From the NCBI GenBank assembly GCA_038204425.1, contig JBBRCZ010000001.1:128001-192000 (forward strand): 64,000 bases of DNA, read 5' to 3'. The first letter of the stretch is position 1. Every line of letters begins with the position of its first letter. Positions 1 to 9,491 of this stretch are shown here, in pieces. The notes under the pieces were generated by a model. It had not been told where the DNA came from and made no database searches. It saw nothing but the letters and a program-made list of their open reading frames with translations. Made by a program: the position numbers and the translations under genes. Source of the DNA: Spirochaetia bacterium. GTDB taxonomy: Bacteria; Spirochaetota; Spirochaetia; DSM-27196; Salinispiraceae.

Positions 1-50
1 CCGAACTCAAGGTTCAAATACTTGCGGCTGGAGAAGCAAAGCCAGTATAG
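1..50 (+). CDS. rplI: 3' end of probable 50S ribosomal protein L9 (partial)
   Basis: Frame from nt 3 reads ELKVQILAAGEAKPV-stop (TAG 48-50), like the final beta strand of L9; lies directly upstream of dnaB, the usual rplI position. Only 15 residues are visible. Confidence 0.55.
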   Translation, partial: ELKVQILAAGEAKPV

Positions 51-73
51 ATTGACCGAGTCAAGCATATTGG

Positions 74-104
74 TCCCGGCCTTTAAAAGGTCGGGATTTT
101 TTTT
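74..104 (+). terminator. Rho-independent terminator after rplI
   Basis: Stem TCCCGGCCTT (74-83)/AAGGTCGGGA (87-96) followed by 8 T (97-104). Confidence 0.75.
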
Positions 105-168
105 GGCTTTTCGGTCTTGACAGCTAACTCGATATAACCATGAATTGGTGTTCAAGGATGTGACTGAT

Positions 169-1506
169 ATGGCGTTTATGGAAATGAAGGACAAGGTTCC
201 TCCACACAATCTCGATGCTGAGCAAGCGGTAATGGGGGCTCTTTTGCTGGATAATCGTGCGATTGATCGCATTGATACTGGTTTGGTTCCTGAAGATTTC
301 TATAAAATATCGCACCAAAAAATTTACAGATCGATGCTCAATTTGATCCGCGCCAACAAGCCTAGTGACATGATTACTCTGATTGATGAACTTAGATCTA
401 ATAAGAATCTTGAGCTGGTTGGTGGCGCGACTTTTATTGCCCAATTGACTCAAGCCACACCCAGCTCGGCAAATGTTGCTTACCATTCCGGAATCGTAAA
501 AGAGTGTAGCCTGCGAAGAGAACTGATTCGTATTGCTTCGGACATGGCTGGAAATGCTTTTGATGAAAGCAAGGAGTCTGGGCAGACCATAGATACTATT
601 GAAAAAGAGGTTTTTAACCTCTCGGTCAATCGAAAACAACAGGGTTTTAGGTCGGTCAAAGAGATAATTCCTGAGGCAGTTTCGCGCATAGAACAAGCCT
701 TTAACAACAAAAATACCTACACAGGTGTACCTTCGGGGTTTAGTAAGCTTGACGCCATGACCTCTGGTTTTCAGGAATCAGATTATATAGTTATTGGAGC
801 TCGACCATCGATGGGAAAGACCGCTTTGGCGCTTTCCATGGCGGCTCATATTGCCATAAAAGAGCACATACCTACTGCATTTTTTACACTTGAAATGTCT
901 GATTTGCAAATAATGCAACGTCTAATTGCCATGGAAGCTCGCATTAACAGTTTGGCTATGCGAAACGGCATGCTAAAGCCAGCTGATTTTGCCAGCATTG
1001 GTGACGCTGCTGGTCGTATTTACGATGCACCCTTGTGGATATCTGACTGGCCAAATATGCCTATACTTGAGATAAAATCCCAAGCCAGAATTTTGGTCAA
1101 AGATCAGGGCGTAAAGATTATTTTTGTCGACTATCTTGGCTTAATAAGCGCAGAACGACCCGAGTTGGCACGCTGGGAACAAATGTCGGAGGTATCACGA
1201 ACGCTAAAAGCTCTTGCGCGTGAACTAAAGGTTCCCGTTGTAGTGCTTAGTCAGGTCACACGTGATAGCGAAGGAAAAGAGCCTAATCTTTCCAATATTC
1301 GAGAATCTGGCGCAATAGAGCAAGATGCGGATATGGTTATGTTCATTCACCGTGATAAGTCTTCAGACCAAGAATCCGACAAGCAAACAGTGGTAGCCGA
1401 AACAAAATTGATTGTAGCCAAGCAACGTAACGGCCCAATTGGTACGGTTCGTATTGGCTATCATAACAACTTTACTCGATTTGTTGAAATTGAAGAGCAT
1501 CACTAG
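169..1506 (+). CDS. dnaB: Replicative DNA helicase DnaB
   Basis: PPHNLDAEQAVMG N-terminus, Walker A GARPSMGKT, FTLEMS, IFVDYL, LSQ, RESGAIEQDAD, KQRNGPIG. Start moved to ATG 169, which follows AAGGA. Confidence 0.97.
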   Translation: MAFMEMKDKVPPHNLDAEQAVMGALLLDNRAIDRIDTGLVPEDFYKISHQKIYRSMLNLIRANKPSDMITLIDELRSNKNLELVGGATFIAQLTQATPSSANVAYHSGIVKECSLRRELIRIASDMAGNAFDESKESGQTIDTIEKEVFNLSVNRKQQGFRSVKEIIPEAVSRIEQAFNNKNTYTGVPSGFSKLDAMTSGFQESDYIVIGARPSMGKTALALSMAAHIAIKEHIPTAFFTLEMSDLQIMQRLIAMEARINSLAMRNGMLKPADFASIGDAAGRIYDAPLWISDWPNMPILEIKSQARILVKDQGVKIIFVDYLGLISAERPELARWEQMSEVSRTLKALARELKVPVVVLSQVTRDSEGKEPNLSNIRESGAIEQDADMVMFIHRDKSSDQESDKQTVVAETKLIVAKQRNGPIGTVRIGYHNNFTRFVEIEEHH

Positions 1507-1539
1507 TCCTTTAGTGCCTATACTATAAGTGGAGGTCCT

Positions 1540-1821
1540 ATGGACTTAAGACAACGCTATCAGTTTGACGAACTAAAAAACATTGCAGAAGATCTTGTTA
1601 TTGCCGAAATGGACAGGCAATTTACACAAAACAACCTCTACACAAGTCTCAATCAAGATGCGGTGCTTGATATTGCCGCCTTGACCTTAAATTTACTTAA
1701 GCCACTTTACCGGGCAAATTTGTTAGGACGAGTTTATAAATCCGCTTTTGAACAAGAATATCATAAAGAAGTTGCACAAGCGGTGACGAGTTCAATCAAA
1801 AAGATACTAGAAAATCCTTAG
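1540..1821 (+). CDS. ComFB-family (late competence development / c-di-NMP receptor superfamily) protein
   Basis: N..E..V pattern, DIAALTLNLLKPLY (family D..A.ALN.L.P.Y), C-terminal V..NP; GGAGG SD. Confidence 0.8.
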   Translation: MDLRQRYQFDELKNIAEDLVIAEMDRQFTQNNLYTSLNQDAVLDIAALTLNLLKPLYRANLLGRVYKSAFEQEYHKEVAQAVTSSIKKILENP

Positions 1822-1828
1822 TTCAATT

Positions 1829-3958
1829 CTAGAAGATTGCTTTATCTCGCATTCTTACTTGAGTAAAACCACTATTTTGCAAACCAAAGCTCACGCCTGT
1901 CCTGACCCGAAGCTCTTGCACTATTGAGTTGATTTTTTCGCTTGCCATTGCGGGATTCTGCGCCGTGCTTATAAATCCACCATCGTTCAATACCAACAAG
2001 TTTCCATCACTCAAGAGACACAGGCTCAGCAAAAAATTGCCGTTGGACTTATTCCAGAGGCTTACACTGCCATCGTGGTGATAACCTACTACAAAATCAT
2101 TGTCTATGCTTAGCCTGTGGACTGATTGATTGCTGGCCTGAAACTGGACTTGCGTACTTGCGTCAGACCTTATTATTCTTCCAGCTACTAAGAGATATAT
2201 CCAGTTTTGGTCAACTACCATGCTGGCTTGGCTATCTTCCTCAGCAATTTCAATCAACTCGACATTCTTGTAGTCTAGCGAATGCCACATTCGAACAGCC
2301 ATGCCACCTTGACGTTTTTGGCTCAGACTAAGCAGATTGTTTCCACCTTGCGAGGAAGGAAAGGACCCCAAGGCGTAAATTATGCTGTCATCGGTCTTGT
2401 AACCAATTGATTCTCCGGTGTTCGTCTTAACCACTATCAAAGCCTCGCTAAGACTGGCGGTGCTTGGCTTTCCAAGGTATAGATCACCGTTTTCAAAGGG
2501 CAGTAAATCTTGGGTTCCAGAGAAGTTGAATGACTTTGCGTTTCTTGGGCCGGTGCTGTTCCAGATTTTTATTGCGCCGGTTGATTCGAGAAGATACAAG
2601 AACGTACCGTTTATCCCAGCTCTGACAATTTCGCTGCCAGAAGTATGCAATACTTCAAATCTTCCACTTGATTCTTGGATTTTGAGAAGTCTGCCCCTTC
2701 GGATTTTTTCAAAAAGGTAGATCTCGTCGTCTTTACCCTTAAATGTGCTAAATGGACCTGTAAGGTCCAGAGTTTTCCATATTCGCCCGCTATTTAGAAT
2801 ACTATGTTCAGTACCGATTTGCTTGGTGAAGGCCGTCGAATCAAATTTATAAAACTGTTTGTTTGCACCTACTATCATAGAACCTTTGCTAAAAAAAAGC
2901 GCCTGAATCGGTTCGAGTGTTTGAAAAAACAAAGGTGTTTTTTTAGTTTTTCCTTGATAAACGCTAACGTTTTGGTCGTCGTCGGCTAGGTAGAGAGCAC
3001 CCATAAAGGCTGTTGTTCCCGTAGGAAGTACGGTTCCTAGTACACTGCTTTCCATTCCTGCGACTAGCTGAAGTTTGTCGTTGATAACAAACTCGGTTAA
3101 GCTTAGCGCTCTTCGCAGCAAAGAAATAGAATAGATCGACTTGTTCGTTTGATCAGCCAAAACGACTTGCCTGTCACGTTTGGAATTGGCAACAGCTGTA
3201 GTCTTGCCGTCTAAAAGGTCAATGGTAACAATAGTATTGCCGTCGATTGCAAACGCTTTAGAACGACTTCCGTCAGGAAGCAACTGAAATTGCCTGAGGC
3301 TTGCCTTAGTGCTTATGCGGCGTAATTCATTACCGCTCACCAAGTCAAAGTAGACGATGCTTCCTTGGGCCGCAAAATAGCAAACGATCTTATCTTCTCT
3401 CAATGAAACGAGGAAGAAATCAATAATACCCGCAGTTGAACCGAGCCAATTGACCGCAAAACCACGTTGAGAATCCAAACAAAGCAAACTTGATCGTGAT
3501 GGCAAGGTTAGAACGACGTAGTTGCCTTGAGGCGAGACGGCTAAGTGCAATGCTTGGTCGATCAGATCCTTGCTGTATCGCTTGGCGCCAGATTTCCAAT
3601 CAAAGACCTGCAATTTGTATTTGCGGTTTGCAGTTCGTTGTACAAGCGCTAAGGTTCCATTTTGGTGGACTGAGATTTGGCTGATGGCTGCGTTACCAGC
3701 GTTAATCCTTTGAACTATTAAATTGGTCTGCAGATCGTAAACTATAACAGAACCAAACTCGGTGCCAATAAATAGCAGCTTGTTTTGTGGTTCTATCGCT
3801 AAAGACTGGATCTGGCCTCCAGGAATGCTATTGACCAACGGTATTTGAGGAATCTGGCTTTGTGCTTGCGCACCCAATTTTCCTAGTCCAATCAAAAGCA
3901 ATAATAAAAGAGCTCGTCGCATCAAAAGCGCTTGTCCATTTAAATAGGTGTTTTTCAT
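1829..3958 (-). CDS. Exported WD40/beta-propeller protein
   Basis: Signal peptide (LLLLLLIGLGKLGAQA); WD-like blades GSVIVYDL, KLQVFDW, GAIKIWN, DGSVSLWN; 709 aa. Confidence 0.7.
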   Translation of the reverse strand: MKNTYLNGQALLMRRALLLLLLIGLGKLGAQAQSQIPQIPLVNSIPGGQIQSLAIEPQNKLLFIGTEFGSVIVYDLQTNLIVQRINAGNAAISQISVHQNGTLALVQRTANRKYKLQVFDWKSGAKRYSKDLIDQALHLAVSPQGNYVVLTLPSRSSLLCLDSQRGFAVNWLGSTAGIIDFFLVSLREDKIVCYFAAQGSIVYFDLVSGNELRRISTKASLRQFQLLPDGSRSKAFAIDGNTIVTIDLLDGKTTAVANSKRDRQVVLADQTNKSIYSISLLRRALSLTEFVINDKLQLVAGMESSVLGTVLPTGTTAFMGALYLADDDQNVSVYQGKTKKTPLFFQTLEPIQALFFSKGSMIVGANKQFYKFDSTAFTKQIGTEHSILNSGRIWKTLDLTGPFSTFKGKDDEIYLFEKIRRGRLLKIQESSGRFEVLHTSGSEIVRAGINGTFLYLLESTGAIKIWNSTGPRNAKSFNFSGTQDLLPFENGDLYLGKPSTASLSEALIVVKTNTGESIGYKTDDSIIYALGSFPSSQGGNNLLSLSQKRQGGMAVRMWHSLDYKNVELIEIAEEDSQASMVVDQNWIYLLVAGRIIRSDASTQVQFQASNQSVHRLSIDNDFVVGYHHDGSVSLWNKSNGNFLLSLCLLSDGNLLVLNDGGFISTAQNPAMASEKINSIVQELRVRTGVSFGLQNSGFTQVRMRDKAIF

Positions 3959-4005
3959 ACTAGTCCCTTGCCCATCCTTTGTCGTATAGGAGTACCCAAC
4001 TATTA

Positions 4006-5388
4006 CTACTTACCTATAAAGTACTTTATGTCACCAAAAATTGCAAAAACACTGAGTGCGATGATAATCACTAGGCCAATTATCTGATAACGTTGGATTG
4101 TTATCGCTCTAACCGGCTTTCTTCTGATTCCCTCAAAAAGGAACAGTACAATTTGCCCACCATCCAGTGCAGGAATTGGAAGTAGGTTTCCAAAGAAGAG
4201 TGCGACGCTAATAAAACTAAGAAACTCAAAAAAGCGTCTAAATCCCTCGGCCAGGCCTACGCTAAATCCAGAGGTGGCAACTTCCCCTGTTATGTAAATT
4301 ATTCGAGCAGGTCCAGAAAGCGCTCCTTCGGGTTTAAGTCCTGTAAACAAATGACCCAAAGCTCTAAATGTAGAAACCAGAGTCGAGCTTACTTCGTTCC
4401 AGCCACGACCAAAGGCCTCAAACAGATTATACGAAGGTGTTGAGAAGGTCTTGGATTGGATGCCAAAATCAAGCTTCAGACCGCCTTTTTCGTCAGCAGC
4501 AGCACTCCAGTTTAGCTGTTCAAAGCCACCATTCCTTCTGACACCAATTAGGTTTTGCACTTTTGGATCTCGGTTAATTGATCGCAAAAACTCTTGGAAG
4601 TGTTTAACCTCTGTTCCGTTGACCCTTACAATTTGATCACCACTAAGCAGCCCTGCAGCAATAGCTGTCTGTTCTGGCGCGTCTATCACCGTAGGTACAA
4701 ATTGACTTATTCCTATTAGACCAGCCCCATTTTCGGCGTTAAGCTCAGGTACTATCGTTGTTTCAAAGCGTACGCCATCACGTTCAACATTTAAGCTGAG
4801 CATTTGTCTTGCTTGCTGAACAATTTCTCTTTGGAGATCAGAAAAGCTTGCTATCGGATTCTCATTGACAGAAAGTATCAAGTCGCCAGTTTTTAGACCG
4901 GCCAGAACTGCCGGACTATTCTTTCCTCGATACCCTTGTTCTGGAGCAGTTTCATCCAAATAGTCTGCCATGACAACTATCTTTGCATCATAACTTTGAT
5001 ACTGATAACCAAACAACCAAATAGTACTCAAAACAATGACAGCAAACAAAAGATTAACCAATGGGCCAGCTATTGCTACAAAAATTCGCTTTAAGGGTGA
5101 CGCCGCGTTAAAGCTGCCGGGACTGTTTTCTACATGATCTTTTTTCTCGTTTATAGCAGTGGCAAAGTCTTCTTCGCCCTTCATTTTGCAATAGCCTCCA
5201 ATAGGAATCCAAGACAAACGATATTCTGTTTTATTTCTTTTGAAGCCCCAAAGCTTAGGTCCCCAACCAATTGAAAATGTTTGGACTTCAATGCCAACCG
5301 CTTTGGCGGCAAGAAAATGACCGAGCTCATGGATAAATACCATGATTCCTAGTCCTATGATTCCAATTAGAATATTTAAGATGATCAA
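4006..5388 (-). CDS. rseP: RIP metalloprotease RseP (site-2 protease, two PDZ domains)
   Basis: HELGH, FSIGWGP, IPIGGYCKM, AGPLVN, NLLPIPALDGG. Confidence 0.95.
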   Translation of the reverse strand: MIILNILIGIIGLGIMVFIHELGHFLAAKAVGIEVQTFSIGWGPKLWGFKRNKTEYRLSWIPIGGYCKMKGEEDFATAINEKKDHVENSPGSFNAASPLKRIFVAIAGPLVNLLFAVIVLSTIWLFGYQYQSYDAKIVVMADYLDETAPEQGYRGKNSPAVLAGLKTGDLILSVNENPIASFSDLQREIVQQARQMLSLNVERDGVRFETTIVPELNAENGAGLIGISQFVPTVIDAPEQTAIAAGLLSGDQIVRVNGTEVKHFQEFLRSINRDPKVQNLIGVRRNGGFEQLNWSAAADEKGGLKLDFGIQSKTFSTPSYNLFEAFGRGWNEVSSTLVSTFRALGHLFTGLKPEGALSGPARIIYITGEVATSGFSVGLAEGFRRFFEFLSFISVALFFGNLLPIPALDGGQIVLFLFEGIRRKPVRAITIQRYQIIGLVIIIALSVFAIFGDIKYFIGK

Positions 5389-5407
5389 AAAACCCTACCT
5401 TTCGAAG

Positions 5408-6304
5408 CTAAATGACTTGACCACTATTAAAAGCTTGATGGAGATAATAGAATACGGGTGCCGAAAAAATTAACGAATCACAAGAATCGAGCAGGCCACC
5501 ACGCCCAGGAATCACACTGCCGGAGTCCTTGAGGCCGCTGCCTCTTTTGAGAACTGATTCAAACAAGTCTCCAAGTATAGTGCTGACGCCGACTACCAAA
5601 CCAATCACCAGAGCCAATGGAAGGTTTGGTGCAAATAGGTCCGTCATTAAAAAGTAGAAGATAGCAGAAAAAATAATCGACGTGCAAAGTCCTCCAACGA
5701 AACCAGCCAAAGACTTGTTGGGGCTCACTTTAATTACATGAGTGTTGTTCCTGCCAAAAAGTATACCGCTTAAATAGGCAAGCGTGTCATTTGCAAAAAC
5801 AATGGTGAGAAAAGCAAAAATAACTAAACCTGAATCATGCATATTAATTATCAATAGAAAATGATAGATACCAAGAATTGGATAGACAATAATCATCAAC
5901 CAAGCTTGCAAAAAAGCGTTGTTATTCTCTGCATCTACTGTCTGACTGCGGACAACAACCCAAGAAAAAATCAAAGTAATTTCTAAGACAATGACCGCAA
6001 TTGACCAATTGTTGCCAATTACTTCTAGGTTTTCCAGGATTTTAAGGACAAGTGGAGAAGCACTAAGTAAGAAAATTGCAAACAAGCGACTGACTTTACT
6101 TGATGAATGGCTTGGCTGGTGTTCTGAGTTTGGACTAAGCCATAGTCCAAAGACTTGAGCTGTTTCAACAGCTAAACCAATCGATAGCACAATGGTTGCA
6201 ATCTGCAAGGCCAAGTGCCCATACCCAACAAAAACAAAAACGAAGAGCAGAATCAAAGGTACAAAGGTGAAGAACATCAAGATTCGCTTGAAAAGATTAT
6301 TCAC
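5408..6304 (-). CDS. cdsA: Phosphatidate cytidylyltransferase
   Basis: DTLAY..G..FG, SPNKS..G, GDLFES..KR..G.KDSG..IPGRGGLLD..D; multi-TM. Confidence 0.95.
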   Translation of the reverse strand: MNNLFKRILMFFTFVPLILLFVFVFVGYGHLALQIATIVLSIGLAVETAQVFGLWLSPNSEHQPSHSSSKVSRLFAIFLLSASPLVLKILENLEVIGNNWSIAVIVLEITLIFSWVVVRSQTVDAENNNAFLQAWLMIIVYPILGIYHFLLIINMHDSGLVIFAFLTIVFANDTLAYLSGILFGRNNTHVIKVSPNKSLAGFVGGLCTSIIFSAIFYFLMTDLFAPNLPLALVIGLVVGVSTILGDLFESVLKRGSGLKDSGSVIPGRGGLLDSCDSLIFSAPVFYYLHQAFNSGQVI

Positions 6305-7029
6305 TGCGTGCCCCCAAAACGTCTGTGTCTAGTACGGAAATCGTCCAATGCTGCCAAGAAGTCGGTTTCATTCCAGTCTGGCCACAGTTTATCAGAAAAA
6401 TATAACTCGGCATAAGCGCTTTCCCACAACAAAAAGTTAGAAAGACGTTTTTCGCCACCAGTTCTTATCACCATGTCTACCGCCGGAAAATCTGGTAGGT
6501 CAAGGTGTTTCTCGAGATCATGACTCACTAGGCTGGTTCGCTCGCTGCCTTCGAGTTTGGAAATAGCTCTGAGAATTTCGTCTCGTCCGCCGTAGTTTAT
6601 GGCCAAATTTACCGTCATAGAATCAAAGTGATCGGTATCGTTCATAGCTTGAACAATATCGTCTTGGATTCTTTTTGGAAGTGCCTTTAAGTCGCCAGAA
6701 TGTCTGATTTTAATTCTATTCTCACGATAGAAATCAAGTTCTCTATTGAGGTGGGTGTGGATAAGTCCCATAAGAAAGTTGACTTCCTCTTTGGCTCGCT
6801 TCCAATTTTCGGTAGAGAAAGTGTAGAGAGAAAGATATCGTATGCCTGCTTGATTGGCACAGCGGACAATACGCTTTGCAACTTCAAGTCCTTCTTTGTG
6901 GCCAAATGTGCGCGGTTTGCCTTTTAAAGAGGCCCAGCGTCCGTTGCCATCCATAATGATACCTATGTGTTTTGGCAAAAAATCGCTATCGTGACAATCC
7001 GGAACATCAGAATCTTTCTTGTTTGGCAT
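6301..7029 (-). CDS. uppS: Undecaprenyl diphosphate synthase (cis-prenyltransferase)
   Basis: HIGIIMDGNGRWA, FSTENWKR, NYGGR, IRTGGEKRLSNFLLW, RRFGG. Confidence 0.97.
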   Translation of the reverse strand: MPNKKDSDVPDCHDSDFLPKHIGIIMDGNGRWASLKGKPRTFGHKEGLEVAKRIVRCANQAGIRYLSLYTFSTENWKRAKEEVNFLMGLIHTHLNRELDFYRENRIKIRHSGDLKALPKRIQDDIVQAMNDTDHFDSMTVNLAINYGGRDEILRAISKLEGSERTSLVSHDLEKHLDLPDFPAVDMVIRTGGEKRLSNFLLWESAYAELYFSDKLWPDWNETDFLAALDDFRTRHRRFGGTQ

Positions 7030-7583
7030 TAGACTTCCAGGATTTCTTTTTCTTTTGCCTTAAAAATATGTTCAATATCTGCAATGTATTTATCAGTCAG
7101 TTTTTGCACTTCATCATTGGCGCGTTTTTCATCGTCTTCGCTGACTTCACCTTTTTTGGCTATAGACTTAAGGTCTTCATTTATGTCGCGTCGAACATTT
7201 CTAATTGAAACGCGGGCATGTTCTGCCATGGATTTGGCATGTTTAACCAAATCTTTTCGGCGTTCTTCGGTAAGCGGTGGGATTTGAATCCTAATAACTT
7301 TGCCATCGTTAGATGGATTGAGTGAAAGCTCACTCTTTTGAATAGCCTTTTCAATGTCTGCCATGATAGCTCGGTCCCACGGTTGAATGACAACTAACCT
7401 GGCTTCCGGAGTAGAAATGTTAGCTACTTGGGCCAGTGCAGTAGGAGTACCATAGTAATCCACTCTGATTTTGTCAAACAAGGCCGGAGATGCTCTACCC
7501 GTTCGCAAACCGGTAAACTCGTCTTCTAAGCTCTTGACCGCTTTTTTCATGCGTTCTTCGCCATCGTTTAAGTGTGCTTTCAT
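7029..7583 (-). CDS. frr: Ribosome recycling factor
   Basis: RTGRA, VDYYG, PPLTEERRKDL, RVSIRNVRR. Confidence 0.97.
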   Translation of the reverse strand: MKAHLNDGEERMKKAVKSLEDEFTGLRTGRASPALFDKIRVDYYGTPTALAQVANISTPEARLVVIQPWDRAIMADIEKAIQKSELSLNPSNDGKVIRIQIPPLTEERRKDLVKHAKSMAEHARVSIRNVRRDINEDLKSIAKKGEVSEDDEKRANDEVQKLTDKYIADIEHIFKAKEKEILEV

Positions 7584-7603
7584 GCTAACTCCTCAATGAA
7601 GTA

Positions 7604-7623
7604 AGGGGAAGCACGCTTCCCCT
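7604..7623. other. Intercistronic stem-loop between tsf and frr
   Basis: Inverted repeat AGGGGAAGC/GCTTCCCCT; no U-tract 3' of it on the transcribed (minus) strand, so not a canonical terminator. Confidence 0.55.
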
Positions 7624-7638
7624 AAAAAAGTCTCATTC

Positions 7639-8499
7639 TTAGTTAAGCGCTTCACCGGCCCGGTAAACTTTAAAATCTACCAGCTCAATGCTGCCGCCAG
7701 CAGCCTTGCCAATTTCTTGGGCAACTTGGGCTACTGACTTCTTATCATCCTTGACAAAGGCTTGCTCCGAGAAGCAAATTTCTTTTAAGTGCTTTTGAAG
7801 TTTTCCTTTGATAGCACCTTGTTTGACTTGCTCTGCCTTATCCTTTAGCTTTTCGTCTTGGGCAACTTGGCCTGAAAAAATATCTTCTTGGCTTGCCAAA
7901 TAATTAGCCGGAACCAAATCTGCCTTAAGAAACTGTGGTTTAAAGGCAGCAGCATGTAGGGCACTATCGTGGATAAAGGCCTTAACGGCCTCGTTTTTTG
8001 CAACCTCAGGTGATGAGACCTTAAATTTTACAAAAACGCCAATGCTTGCCGCATCGCCATGCAAATAAGTTTCAACAACTTCGTTTGCAGCAAGATCGAT
8101 TATGTCCAAACGACGAAGTGTGATATTTTCCTTTATAGTAGCTGCAATATCGATTACGGCGGCCAACAATCCGGCATCACTAGCCTTTAAGTTACCTTCA
8201 ACTGCCTTTTTTACCAAGTCATTTCCGGTTTTGACGAAGTCTTCGTTTCGAGCCACAAAGTCGGTTTCGCAACCAAGCTCAAGAACACCAGCAGTCTTGG
8301 TACCAATATATGCAAAGATTCGACCTTCTTCACTTGCTCGCTCAGCTCTTTTGGCAACGGCTGCTAGCCCCATTTTTTTAAGGATAGTTACTGCCTCGTC
8401 AAAGTTGCCGTCTGCTTCTTTTAGGGCTTTTTGGCAATCCAGCATGCCAGCGCCGGTTTTTTCACGTAATTTTTTTACATCAGCTGCGCTAATTGACAT
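7639..8499 (-). CDS. tsf: Translation elongation factor Ts
   Basis: VKKLREKTGAGMLDC..AL, CETDFVARN; directly follows rpsB. Confidence 0.97.
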   Translation of the reverse strand: MSISAADVKKLREKTGAGMLDCQKALKEADGNFDEAVTILKKMGLAAVAKRAERASEEGRIFAYIGTKTAGVLELGCETDFVARNEDFVKTGNDLVKKAVEGNLKASDAGLLAAVIDIAATIKENITLRRLDIIDLAANEVVETYLHGDAASIGVFVKFKVSSPEVAKNEAVKAFIHDSALHAAAFKPQFLKADLVPANYLASQEDIFSGQVAQDEKLKDKAEQVKQGAIKGKLQKHLKEICFSEQAFVKDDKKSVAQVAQEIGKAAGGSIELVDFKVYRAGEALN

Positions 8500-8573
8500 A
8501 GTTCGCTCCTTTTAAAAGGACCCTGGCTGCGAGTGTTGCAAGCAAGGGCCATTGTTTTAATTTAAACTGCTTA

Positions 8574-9476
8574 TTATTTTTCTTCGTAGAGTTCGTCTTC
8601 GTCCAATCCTGCCTCGGTAACTGCTTCTTCTACAGGACTTTTTTCTTCAACTTTTTTGTTTTCGTCTTTTTGTTGATAGTTCTTAAAATCTTCGATGACC
8701 TCGCCTTCATCGTCGCCTCGTCCTTCAGTAGCAAGTTCCTCACCTTCCATGTAGTCGGAATCTTCGGAAAGGTTTTCAATCACTTGCAGGCCTGCAGAAT
8801 TATCGGCTTCAACAACGGCATTGGCGATAATTTGAGTAAACAAGGTAATCGCCCGAATTGCGTCGTCATTTCCAGGAATAGGGAAGTCAATGCCTTCTGG
8901 ATTACAGTTGGTATCAACAACGGCAACAATCGGTATGCCCATGCGATTAGCTTCAGCTACGCCGATGGTTTCCTTGCGGGTGTCAATAATAAAAACTATG
9001 CCAGGGAGTTCCTTCATATCTTTGATTCCGCCGAGGTTTTTCTCTAGTTTGGTTCGTTCTTTAACCAAAAGCGCGATTTCTTTCTTGGTGAGCGAATCAA
9101 AGGTCCCGTCAACTTCCATCTTCTCAAGTTTTTTGAGACGCATTAGTGACTTTTTGATAGTTGTAAAGTTGGTGAGCATGCCACCAAGCCAGCGACTGTT
9201 GATAAAATACATACCACAACGTTCGGCTTCTTGTTGAATAGCTTGTTGGGCTTGTTTTTTAGTACCAATAAAGAGCACGCTTTTTCCAGCCAAAACTGTC
9301 TTGCGTACTGCTTCGTATGCCTCTTTGATGCAGACTATGGTCTTCTGCAAGTCAATAATATGAATCCCGTTGCGTTCAGCAAAAATGAACTTCTTCATGC
9401 GGGGATCCCAGCGTTTGGTTTGATGACCAAAATGTACACCTGACTCAAGCAGGTTTTTCATGGTAACAACAGCCAT
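8574..9476 (-). CDS. rpsB: 30S ribosomal protein S2 (acidic C-terminal tail)
   Basis: [32 protein letters not shown]. Confidence 0.98.
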   Translation of the reverse strand: MAVVTMKNLLESGVHFGHQTKRWDPRMKKFIFAERNGIHIIDLQKTIVCIKEAYEAVRKTVLAGKSVLFIGTKKQAQQAIQQEAERCGMYFINSRWLGGMLTNFTTIKKSLMRLKKLEKMEVDGTFDSLTKKEIALLVKERTKLEKNLGGIKDMKELPGIVFIIDTRKETIGVAEANRMGIPIVAVVDTNCNPEGIDFPIPGNDDAIRAITLFTQIIANAVVEADNSAGLQVIENLSEDSDYMEGEELATEGRGDDEGEVIEDFKNYQQKDENKKVEEKSPVEEAVTEAGLDEDELYEEK

Positions 9477-9491
9477 GATGTCTCCTTAGTA

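Noticed and set aside
117..146. TTGACA upstream of dnaB as a promoter
   Set aside because: No acceptable -10 hexamer at 16-18 nt spacing (TATAAC is only 10 nt away); not supportable.
124..696. Long antisense ORFs (e.g. 124-696, 8102-8515, 17104-17604, 37628-38110, 53031-53534)
   Set aside because: All lie opposite well-supported conserved genes and show no recognisable motifs; treated as shadow ORFs.
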